Below are positions 1 to 11,289 of a DNA stretch of 57,905 nucleotides, piece after piece (the stretch's first letter is position 1; each line of letters starts with the position of its first letter). The notes beneath the pieces are model-generated. The model had not been told where the DNA came from. It saw nothing but the letters and a program-made list of their open reading frames with translations, and searched no databases. The position numbers and the translations under genes were made by a program. The stretch is taken from the NCBI GenBank assembly GCA_040357565.1, contig JBDODJ010000071.1, one strand, 5' to 3'. Source of the stretch: Cercozoa sp. M6MM. Its lineage: Eukaryota; Protista; Endomyxa: Ascetosporea.

Positions 1-68
1 TGCAAGGGGGGTAAATAGGGGGGTAAAGAGGGGGGTAAAGAGGGGGGTAAAACCACCGCTATGCGCAG

Positions 69-1841
69 ACGAGGACAACCCGATTCTCGCCAGTCTGACG
101 CGCATCGTTCGCGACTGCAGGTACCCTGCATACGAGACACCCCCTTAACCAAACGCACCCGCTTAACCAACACGCACCTTTAACCATACACTGCCTTATT
201 CATAGACCCTTAATAAACACAACGCACCCTTAATGAAACACAGACGCGAGTGCACGCGACTGGAGCGCGACCTGTGTCGCCGACTGCGCGCACTCGCGAA
301 CGACGTGTGGAGCGGTAGTTTTACCCCTCCCCCCTCTTTGCCCCTCCCCCATTTACCCCTCCTTACCCCTCCCTCTTTACTTCCCTCTTTACTTCCCTCT
401 TGACTCCCCTCTTTACCCCCCTCTTTACCCCCCTCCGCCCGGCAGGAAGGAGAGACGGGTGGCAAAGACAGGCGCGGCGACTGCGCGAGTCGCTGCGGAT
501 GCTGCTGCGTGCCAAGCAGATTGTAGCCGGCTGTTTACCCCCCCCCCCTTACCTCCCTCTTTGCATCCCTTTTTACCCCCTTCTTTATCCCATCTTTACC
601 CCCCCCCCGTTGACTACAACAGGCAGAGCACGGCTGGGACGATGCGGAATACGTATGTTTGCTTTGACCGCCCCCCCCCCTGCCCCCCCCCCCCCCCCCC
701 CGTTTTCCCCTCTTTGCCACCCTCTTTGCCTCCCTGTTTACCCCTTGCTTACCTCTCACCCCTGTTTATCCCCCCACCCAGGCCAGGATGGTGAGCGTCG
801 AGAAACGCGACCGAAGCGACGAGTCGGTGTCGGCGAGCGTCGATCCTAATGTACCCGATCGCCTGGATTGTTCGTCCCTGCATCCGCGCGGACGTGTGTG
901 TGTGTAGATCACGACGAAGGACACCGAGTGGCTGCAGTGGATGCGACTGGACGCGCAGAAGTGCTCCTGCTTAACTCTTCCCCCCTACCCCCTTTACCCC
1001 TCTTTACTTTCTCCCCCTTTACCCCTCTTTACCCCCCTTTGCCCCCCTCTTTACCCCTCCCCCCCCATTAGTGCAACCGACGTGGTGCACGTGGTCAAGC
1101 TGCTCCAAGTGTCTTGGGCACTCGACACGGGTGCTTTTACCCCCCTGCCCCTTATCCCCTACCCTTTACCCTCCCCCTGCCCCTTATCCCCTACCCTTTA
1201 CCCCCCCCCCCAGGAGCGGCAGCGGCGTACCTGACCGACACTGATGCTGCAGCCGCCAACGACGAATTTAAGGGTGCGGTTTCGTCCATGTGGACCCTGC
1301 CTGTGTGTCCATGTGTACCGCCTGTGTGTCCATGTGTACCGCCTGTGTGTACGGTGTAGCCACCGTCGAAGCGCTGACGCAGCAGGGCATGGAAGAGGCT
1401 TCCGCGCGGACACTGGCGGCGGCACTCTCCGTGCCTGTCGACGGTACCACCTGAGTGAGCACGTGACCACCTGAGCGAGCACGTGACCACCTGAGTGAGC
1501 ACATGACCCACTTGAGTGAGCACGTGACCACCTGAGTGACCACCTGAGTGACCACCTCACTGCGCATGTTGCAGATCTAGCCGTCTACGTGTCTGCACAA
1601 CAGTTGCACGAGCTGCGCAGTCTGCAGGTGCTACCCCATCTACCCCTTACCCTTTTACCCCCCACCCCCCTTTTACCCCCTTACCCCTCTTACATCCTAT
1701 TTGCCTGCCTTACTTTGCACCCTTATACCCCTTTTACCCCCCCCCCCCCAAACACACAGCGTCGGCAGCAGCGCTGGGAGTGCGAAGTCGACCGGAAAAT
1801 CAAACTGCTCAACTTTGCTCCCTACGCGCGCGGTGGGCTCT

Positions 1842-1885
<44 letters not shown>

Positions 1886-2390
1886 NNNNNNNNNNNNNNN
1901 NNNNNNNNNNNNNNNNNNNNNNNNNNNNNNNNNNNNNNNNNNNNNNNNNNNNNNNNNNNNNNNNNNNNNNNNNNNNNNNNNNNNNTACCCCTCTTGCCTC
2001 CCTCCCCCTTCAGCGTTCGGTTTCCGCAACACGGTGCAGAATGAGGTCGTGCTGTTGCAGGAGGAACTGCAGTTTGGTACGACTCCGATTCGAACGCAGC
2101 CTTAACCAGAGACTAAACGCAGCCTTAACTAAAACTCTTAATTGTTTGACAGGTGTGTTCAAGACGGTCGAGGAGTTCGGCGGCACGCTGTGCGAACTGC
2201 TGCGACCGCGTCCTGTCGACACTGACGATGCTCCCACTCAGGATGATCCCAGTGGGGATGATCTCACTCAGGATGATCCCACTCAGGATGGTCCCAGTGG
2301 TCAAAGTGGCGATCAGCGTTTCCTGTACGACGACGAGGACGACCGACTTGACGTGGCGACGCCTGGCTTCGTCGTCGGTGCCCTTTACCC

Positions 2391-2423
<33 letters not shown>

Positions 2424-2950
2424 CGGCCCCTGTTAGCCTCTCTCTTTCTTCGCTGTTTACCCCCCTACCCCGCGTGCAGAGGATCGGAACGACGTGTACA
2501 AGGACCTGCCGAATTTCGGTCCGCGCGCCGTCCGCGCGTGCGCGCTGATCGACGCGTTTCTGCGTCGGCATGGCAGTCGCATTCGCGTCTGGTCCATGCA
2601 GTACGCCTGTCCTGTCCATCTGCACATGCATGTGTCCATTTCTCCATATGTGTGTGTCCATCTGTCCAGACGCGCGAGCATAGCGAACCAGGTGCAGCAG
2701 TACGCGACGCGGTGTCAGGAGCAGCGCCGTCTGCGTTCGCTGCTGCTGCGACTGAGCGACGTGCACCGGCGGCACCGTCACCGGTACCGTGCCGACGGTT
2801 TTGTCGCCACTGATAGTGCCTCTAATGGTGCCTCTGATGGTGCCTCTGATGATACCACCGTCACTGATGATGCCACCATCTCTGATGATCTCGCCGCACT
2901 CCTGCGCGAGATCAGTTGCGCTCTTGTCGAGATTCGCGGGTACACACACA

Positions 2951-3034
<84 letters not shown>

Positions 3035-4415
3035 GTGACTGACTGACTGACTGACTGATTAACTGACTGACTGACTGCTCTCAGCGGTGACGACAAAACA
3101 AAACACGCACTGAAACTTCAAAACGCATCGACTCTGTCGCAAATGTTAGTTTATTCCGTTTTTTGGTTTTGGTGTTTGTCCATGTCCTCGAGGATGAAGC
3201 CACGCAGAGAGGAGGCACAGAAACGGCTGGATCGCGAACTGCGCTCTTTGCGCGAGCAAGTGGCCTTCTCTCATCGTGCACTCTCGCGTCTGTGGAAGAC
3301 CTATGTTGAGTATAGAGATTTTTAGTTTTTGAGGATTTTGATTGTATTCATGTTGGCAGCAAGTTCGGTGCGATCGAGGCCGAGATGTGCAACACGGGTT
3401 TGATTGACTTCAGTTTTTCCTGCTTTAACTGGCTATTGCCTGACAGGAAGCTCGCTTGACTGGTTGACTTTACCCGTGATCGATGTGGTGTGTGAGCAGA
3501 GCCGGGCAAGCAAAAGCTGAGCGAGGTGATGCGACCCTTCGTGTCGCCGGACAATCTGACCGAACTCGAGTTCAATCGTTTCGACATCAACGCCGTGCTG
3601 GAGCGGTCGCAGTCTCTGTATCTCCATTTGCTTTCTTTGTCTATTTCTTTAAATCTCTCTGCACAATTCCTCTTTGCACGAATCTTCTTGCAGAACGAAA
3701 GAGCAGGAGGAGAAGAAAGTCAAAGAACTGGCAGATACCCTCGTAAAACCGACTCACATGTGTTTGTCTTCTTTTCGACTTTGCAGTGTCTGCTTGTTTG
3801 CAGGATGATGTGTTTGGAACTGTGCATCTGGTGGCTGCCGACACTGCGCGCTACGTATTGGTTAGTCCTGCCATCCAGTCTGTCTTGTAGGTTGATCTCT
3901 GTACGTGCTCGCAAGTGCGCAGATCTTCAAGGAGATACGTCTCATGTGCGATCGCTTCTTGCTGGCCAAGCGAGAAGCCGATGAGACTGGTACCAAAGGT
4001 GTGCCTTGTGTTGAGACAAGGAAGTGTTGTGTTCCCCTGTAGTTGAGTTGGAGGCTGCACGCATGACACGCAAGACACATAGCATGCAGTCACCGTGGCT
4101 GCAACTGGTCGCTGCTGACGATGACAGCTCCGACGAGGAGGTCGGTCCCTTCGAACGCGACGTGGAGGTACAGACTCTGTCTGTACGACTACAATACTGT
4201 GCATGGTGAACTCACGCTCTCCGTAGATACGCCGCATCCAGCTTCTTCTGCGTCAGAATGCACGCAAGCTGTACCATACTTCCTGTACCATTGTGCTTGT
4301 ATCCATGCGCACCCATCCAATGAGTAGCAAGAACTACTCTCGGCACTTGCGTCCCTACCAGTTGCTAGAGCAGCAGCAACAACAGCAACAACAGCAACAA
4401 CCATTGCAACAGCAA

Positions 4416-4447
<32 letters not shown>

Positions 4448-6008
4448 ACAACAACAACAAAAGCAGGATGAAACAGAGGAACGTCCCTTTGTCGAGACCG
4501 ACGATTGTCCCGTGTGTCAGGAGCCTCTGCAGTCTGCACGTCGCATCACCATGCTACCGTGTGCACACGGTCTGTGTTCGCCGTGCTTCTCGCGACTCAT
4601 GTATACTCCCTTCTTTGCACCTTGCCTATTCGTCTCTTCTTGACTATCCTTCTCCTCTTGACAGACGTAGTGCTTTCCTGCGGCACCAGTGTCCCGTGTG
4701 TCGGCAGCACTTTCATATGCAGCACATCGAACACATCTCCAACGACCCCAGGAACAAGAGTGACAACAGCAACACCGACGAGTCTTCTGGTTCCCCCAAA
4801 AGCGCCGACGGACGCAGACATTACCCGGTGCAGCCTTTGTACGCCATGCCGCCTGTCGTTGGCCGGCACGATGCAGTCGATGTGCACACCGAACCTCCTC
4901 GTGTATGCTGCTTTGTTCCGACTCTCCTCTGTCTCAATGTGGATGTATGTTTGTATATCTTGCATAGGGCATTGAAGTGCACGGAAGCGAGCAACTCGGC
5001 GTGAAAATCGCGACGCTGGTGCAGCTGCTGCGTTCGCACGACGATACCTCGCTCGTCTTCTCGCGCTTCAACGACGCTTTGCTGCTACTGCGCCGCACGC
5101 TCAGAGCCAAGTATGCCTTGTCTACGTAGCTTCCCTGGGGGTTGTCTTCGTTGCCCCTGAGTTTATCTCCTGGTTTGGTGTTTGTTGATGCAGTGGCATA
5201 CCGAGCAACCTGGTGGCCGGCAGTCTCAGGCAGCGACAGCAGGCACTTGCTGCCTTCCGAGCCGGTCCCGACGACGTCGATGTTGTATTCCTTACCGCCG
5301 TTCCGCTACCACCAGGTAGCACTGTAGTATTTGCACAGGGGCAGAAACGAGCACGAGCGCCGCCGCGACGAGTGCTGCTGCTGCGACTGCACGTCGACAA
5401 CGCCGGTCTGACCGTACCTTGTGCCACTTTGCAGGTTCAATCTTTTAACGATAGAAATCGTCCGTCCTTGTGCAGCTGAACGAAGCATCGCATGTGTACT
5501 TTATGGAGCCAACGCCATCGCTGTCGGTGACACAGCAGGCCATCCACCGCTGTAACACGAGTTGACCGCTTCCATCCCTCTTGTATCCTATCTCGCTTGC
5601 TATCCCAGGTTGGCGTCTGGGTCAGACCAAAGAGGTCACAGTGACAACACTCTGCCTGCGTGACACTGTTGAGCACGTATTCGCTTCCTTTTTAGCCATA
5701 GGTCCCTACCCACCTATACCTCTGCTTGACGCTGTTGTGGCAGGCTCTTTTGTTGCGTCGTGCGGAAATCTTGCGCGCGCATGCAGATCATCACCACGGT
5801 GCAATAGAGTCAGGCAGGGGCGCAATTCGCGTGCGCGCTCGCGGATATCTTGACGAACAGCACCGCAACGACAGCGACGACGACGATGACGACGAGAACG
5901 AGCAGGCCGAAACTGGCATGGGTGCTCGCGAGACCATCACCAATGCGCAGTTGCTCAAGTACTTTACGCTTTTCTTTCCGTTCTCTTTAATGCACCAGTT
6001 TGTGTCGT

Positions 6009-6057
<49 letters not shown>

Positions 6058-6067
6058 NNNNNNNNNN

Positions 6068-6115
<48 letters not shown>

Positions 6116-6180
6116 CATGCAGACTCCTGGGAGGACCGCTTACCGAAGCTGAACTGTCGCTGATTAACGATGGGCTCTAG
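69..6180 (+). CDS. Rad5/SHPRH-like SNF2-family helicase with RING finger (multi-exon, 5' end outside window)
   Basis: Spliced exons give a C3HC4 RING (CPVCQEPLQSARRITMLPCAHGLCSPCFSRL..HQCPVCR, ~4506-4705). A SNF2 helicase C-terminal domain follows: GVKIATLVQLLRSHDDTSLVFSRFNDALLLLRRTL, QRQQALAAFR, RVLLLRLHVDNAGLTLNEASHVYFMEP, QQAIHRCWRLGQTKEVTVTTLCLRDTVE. The last exon ends INDGL*TAG at 6178-6180. Confidence 0.85.
1299..1350. repeat. Intronic 21-bp tandem repeat CCTGTGTGTCCATGTGTACCG (~2.5 copies)
   Basis: Directly visible. Confidence 0.85.
1446..1558. repeat. Intronic minisatellite, 20-bp unit ACCACCTGAGTGAGCACGTG (~4 copies plus shorter 12-bp units)
   Basis: Directly visible head-to-tail repeats with no spacers, filling one intron. 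Confidence 0.9.
1886..1985. other. Assembly gap (100 N) after a poly-G run
   Basis: N run. Short 10-N gaps also lie inside dinucleotide tracts at 6058-6067, 20274-20283 and 26978-26987. Confidence 1.
2941..3078. repeat. Compound intronic microsatellite (CA)n(CT)n(GACT)n
   Basis: Directly visible. Confidence 0.95.
4371..4465 (+). repeat. Coding CAG/CAA repeat (polyQ) just upstream of the RING finger
   Basis: In frame with DETEERPFVETDDCPVC. Confidence 0.9.
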
Positions 6181-6956
6181 TCGCTGCGGAGGACTTGAAT
6201 TGCCGCGCACTGGTGCACGCGTCGTGTGTAGTTCATTCATAATTAGTTTCGTTTACCGTCAGCCGTGCCGATCTGAACTCCAAGTCTGAATCTCACCCGA
6301 CTCAGCGCAGGCCGTCGTGTTGCTTCGTAATTTGTCCGGTAGGGCAGCCAGTATTACTATGACGTGAAGCGAAAACGATAGAATTAAGTTACTCCGCTCT
6401 AGATAGCTATCGTATATGAGGCAGTAAGTAAATTAGTAAGTTTTAAAGCTTTCATACCTCAAATTCGATCAACGCCGAACTCTGCAGCTGAGGCCACCAC
6501 CCGACAAACTGAACTCTAAAATTTACTCCATAAGTGCACCAACTGCCCGTTTGAAGAGCCGTCATCCAGTATGGATATTCGCGAGTCACGTAACGGGCAC
6601 GCCACTCAAGTTCGTCGGCCTGTGAGATTGCCGCGACTTTGTTGCACAGTGCCTCGGTTCAAAAGCCGCCCACTCGCCTTTGTTCTTTGTAAGCTGTGTC
6701 TGCGCACCGTCCACTCGCCTTTGCTCTTTGTAGATTTACTTGGGAACTGAGCGATTATACTAGACGCTTGAGTTTACTGAAATAGTGCGGAACGTGCCCT
6801 GGGTGCGTGACGTGACTCATTCTGCGTTCTTAGCAATCAGCACTTTCCCTTGACGCCAGTGACGGTAAACCTCCTTGAAGCACCGGGATACCTCGAGTGC
6901 TCTGTATCGGTCGTGTGCAACATTTCACTTCTACTGTATCGATAGACTTTTAATCG

Positions 6957-8153
6957 ATGCGTTTGCTGTATGCGGCGCTGCTGGCGCTAACTGGCGCCGC
7001 AGTAGCGGCATCCTCGTCTTCGCACACGATGAAACGTCGCATTTACGCCAACGGATTGCAAGTCGAGTCGTTAGAGGATGTAACACTGCTTCTGCCTTTA
7101 CCTTTCTCGACTGTCGGCACCTGGGCGGCCTTTGTTTAGGCCAAACGAAATGCTCTGTCCACGCGCTATGGCAAGTATCCGGCTCTTCGTTTGCGCAAGG
7201 TGAGTTTAGCTCTAAATAATTTTGGTTCCAAGGTACAGCAATTACACTTAGACCGCATCTGCAAGTCGTGTAGCTGAAATGGTACCCACTCACCTCTGCT
7301 AAAGACGACAACAGAGTGTGTCTGTGCAGTCGGGCAGTTCTCCAGTGCAGCCAACGTCCGCGCGGACGTCGATGCTGGCTCCACCGGCTTTCCGTCGCCA
7401 TGTAAAAAAACTCCGCGTTGCTCTAGATATAGAATATATATATGTGAAACCCAATTCTCGAGCAGAGTCATCAAGCCGTGCCTGTCCGCTCGGACCGTCG
7501 GTCGCACCGCCCGCTACAGTCGCGTCTCATGGTACACACTGATACAGCTTACTGGGATCAGTTGTTAGGACGGTAGCACTGTATTGTAGGATGATTTGAT
7601 TGACACCGACGTCCAGAGTGCGCAGTTCATGCCTTCCTTCGCAGAGCCTCCCTTCGCAGAGCCTCCCTTCCTGGACGGCGGTGGTTTGGGAGCCATGCCC
7701 CATCCTCCTCCATCCATGCTCCCTGTTCCGCGAGAGCAGCGCATGCACGAACCAGGATTGGATGTATCCTTTATGCCTCCCGAGTCGCGCGTGCCACCTC
7801 TGCCGATTGACATGCTGCCTGTGTGTCCCCTGGACGAGTCGGCCGACTGCTACTGGCCTTGTATGCGCACACGACACCGCGCCTCCCTGGGCAGCTGCAG
7901 TCACCCGACTCGGCAGCGGCAGCAGCAACATTGGCCTCAGCATCAGCCGAACCCGCAAGAGGAGGAGACGCGTCTCGTACGTCAGGTGAGCATACGCCTG
8001 TTTTGCCTACATCTACGCCCTTTATCCTTCTGACCCCCCCAGCGCATGAACGAACTGGAGATTGAGCAACATCTGCGTCTGCTCTATCTGGCGGTATCTC
8101 CCCTCCAACTCTTTATTGTTTCCCTCCCTTCCTGCATGTAGACACTGCAGCAT

Positions 8154-8227
<74 letters not shown>

Positions 8228-10770
8228 GCTGCAGCAACAACAACAGCTGCAGCAGGAAATGGCACACGTGCCTGTCGGCAGTGACAGCACCGTTACTCCC
8301 TTCGATCAGACCGGTGACGCTGTCGTCACAAATAGAGTGCCGGTGCCGCGCGCTCCGTCACGTGCCTACGGCTACATGCCCAGTGACAGCACCGACATTG
8401 ATCTCACTGACAGCTGTGCTGATTTCAATGACGGTGACCTCTACGACTGGTGCAGCAGCGACGGCAGCAGCGAGCGCGCGCAGGTTCCGCGCGGACTCTT
8501 CTCTTCGCTCTTTGGCAAGAAAAAGAAGAAGAAGAAGAAACAACAACAACAGCAACAGCAACAGCAACAGAAACTAGAAACACCGTCATACACGCCAGTG
8601 GCGCCGGTGCCTGTTTATGTGTCAGAGGTTTAACTTACCTCTCTACCCCTACCCTCCCCATTTACTCCCCTCTCATTACCCCTCCCCCAGCAGCAACCGC
8701 AGATCTACGTGACACCTCCCACAACGCAGCAGCAGCAGCATCAGCACCAGCCGAACCAACATCCTCCTTACCAACAGCAGCAGCAGCAGCAGCAGCCGTA
8801 CCAGCAGCAGCAGCTGCAGCGAGAACGCCTGCAGATGCCAGTGCCGCAGTACATGCGTCCACCGTCGCCGAGTCGACCAAGCCACGTGGTGACCCAGTCG
8901 CGTCCACCGACTCCGTCACCGTCACCGTCAGTGATGTCTCCGTCACCGTCGCCATCAGTGAAACCCGTCACCCTCAGCGAGGACACGCGGTGGTTCTGAC
9001 CCCAGGCGCCTCCGCAGCGACCGCCGCCGACGGTGGGACTGACACCGTCACCCCTCATGCCAAGTGGCCCCAAACCGTCCCCTGCCGCCGAGGTCAGCAT
9101 CCACGTGGACACCGTGCCACACGCCGTGTTCGGCGCAGTGGCCACGGTGTCTCTCACTGGGCAGCGACACTCCTCATCCGAGGACTTTATTGCGGTATCG
9201 TGGGGTTGTACCCGCCCCCCACCCCTTACACCCCTTTTACCCCTTACACCCCCTTTACCCCTTACACCCCCCCGTACTGTAGATAGAAACGACGGAGGAT
9301 CGCACCGTGTTCGCCGTGTTCGACGGTCACGGTGGCGGCGGTGTCTCGGGCATGGCCAGGACGCTTCTGCCACCACTTGCGCTGGAGAAACTCCGGGCCA
9401 GTGGCGACACGGCCAAGGATGCACTCGGTACAGTAGAGGGGCACGCTGCATACTAGCTATACATATAGTACTGGTGTCCTGTACTGATTGGCAGGAGAGA
9501 GCTTCCTCGAGACAGACGCAGCGATACATCGTATTAGTCTTCCTTGCTCCCCCTGCGCCCTGCCACCATACCTACCCCCCCCCCCCATCCAACAGGCACA
9601 CAACAGTTCAGCGAAGGCGGCGTCGGTTCCACGGCGACACTCGTCTTTGTGTATCCAGCATACACCTGTGATGCCTCCCAGGCCCTACACTTCCGGATAT
9701 GCAGACCGCACCAGGGCGACCAGCTCCTCGTGGGCAGTCTGGGCGACTCGCCGGCGCTGCTGGTGTCGCTGCTGCCGCACGGCGGCCTGCGCCACGAGCG
9801 TCTCTCGGTGTCGCACAACCCGTCGTCCGATAAAGAGCAGCGCCGCATCAACGCAGCCATCGACGAGGCCATTGTCCCCCCGCCCATCTACCCTTCCCTT
9901 TAGTTCCCCTACTTTGTTCCCACCATAGAGCGCAAGCAACGACTTCTCGGAGAAGCAGCGGCTCAACAGCATGTGCATTGCCGACTAGTTCTATCCCTCC
10001 CCCATCCCCCGTGCTGTACTGTGTGCATGTGTCTGTGTGGCTGTGATAAGGCGACCGCGCCCGGTGGGTGGCATCGTGCGCGTCGGCGGCACACTCGCCG
10101 TGTCGCGTGCACTCGGCGACTTTGCGGTTTACCTCCCTCCCCCACGCTCAGTAACCCTTCAAGCTACAGTACCCTTCTGTGTGTGGTCGTAGTACAAGTG
10201 GGACGTCACGTCTACTCGCAACGCAGTGACGGCCAAGCCGAGTAAGCACGGTCTGTGTGACTGGGTGACTGACTGATGGTAGGCATGTGCACGTGTACAT
10301 GTGTGAGTGTCCAGCGGTGAAGACGGTGCCCATGCCGACCTCAAGTCACGAGCGCGCCGCCTTCCTTGTGCTCTGCAGTGACGGTGTCACCGACGAACTC
10401 GACGACGCTCTCGTTGCCGATGGTATATCCCCTGTTCGCTTACTCCTTCGCCCCATTACCCCCCCCCCATGTGCGAAGCTGTTATCTCGGAGACGCAAGG
10501 CGTGCGCAGCGGCCAAATTTCGCTCGAGCAGGTGCGCCTTGCCCCTTTCGATTAAATTGAATCCGGCAAGCGCTCTCACAAGTTGTCACCATACAGGGCC
10601 TGCGCGCGGCGGCGCATCGCATCGTTCGCGACGCTGTCGACACTGCTGCGCGAAAGCCGGTATAGCACATTCGGGGAACATTCAACATTATATCAAAATG
10701 TGATTCCCCTTGCCAGAATCGCGAGCGTGACGACATCACTCTCATCATTGTGCCTCTGCTGTACGGATAG
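6957..10770 (+). CDS. PP2C (PPM-family) protein phosphatase with long Q/P-rich N-terminal extension and predicted signal peptide
   Basis: GT-AG splicing of 9057-10770 yields the PP2C motifs GQRHSSSEDFIA, VFAVFDGHGG, GSTATLVFV, LLVGSLGDSPALL, SVSHNPSSDKEQRRI, RVGGTLAVSRALGDFAYK, FLVLCSDGVTDEL and DDITLIIVPLLYG*. The phosphatase part is near-certain. Linkage to the upstream exons (start MRLLYAALLALTGAAVAASS at 6957) requires removal or readthrough of an in-frame TGA at 8997-8999. Confidence 0.75.
8147..8255 (+). repeat. Coding CAG/CAA repeat (polyQ) in the N-terminal extension of the PP2C gene
   Basis: In frame with the downstream MAHVPVGSD; further polyQ tracts lie at 8541-8570 and 8727-8820. 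Confidence 0.85.
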
Positions 10771-11289
10771 ACGTTCGACCGCTACTAACATAGGCAGCTG
10801 CAGCTTGCCTTTCGGCATTTTGCTTTCTTGACCACTTGTACGTAAACTTTACTGTAAGGATTGAGCGATAAGCGATAAGTTCCGCGTCGGCCCTTCTGGT
10901 TTCCAGCGCGGTATTTAGTAACAATTTACCGCAGAAGACTGCCTGAGGAATGGCACATACAGTAAGGCATTGCCGAATGCGGCATTGCAGTCTTAAACCT
11001 CGACGTTTGACATCAACAAGGATGGTCGATGCCTACTGTCAGTGTTTGACAGCTGACCTGCGATCGGCCCTTGCAGAAATTTCATTGTAGCCATCCCTGA
11101 AATTCCTCTTGATCGCCGCTGACCTTGTCGCGGCTGTACCATACAAATCACCTGTTCAAGGCGTATCGTACTGCTCTCCTGGCACGTTAGCACCGTTTCA
11201 GACACCCAATTCCCAGTATGCTGAGCAAACAACTTTCTTGTTTTTTCTTGTTTTCTTGCTTTGGATTTTAAAATCGTTGTGCATCAGAG

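Noticed and set aside
1-50. True telomere at the window edge
   Set aside because: The GGGGTAAA units are degenerate, end in an acceptor (CGCAG at 64-68), and the same motif occurs in many internal introns.
1446-1558. CRISPR-like array
   Set aside because: The repeats are head-to-tail with no unique spacers, lie in an intron, and have no cas genes nearby.
6181-6956. tRNA/snRNA or small gene in the intergenic region
   Set aside because: No cloverleaf, Sm site or convincing exon chain was found; only a short duplicated CCACTCGCCTTTG(T/C)TCTTTGTA at ~6670 and ~6711.
8997-8999. Genome-wide stop-codon reassignment of TGA
   Set aside because: TGA appears to terminate other genes (51771-51773, 52642-52644, 53647-53649), TGG is used for Trp, and I noticed only one in-frame TGA.
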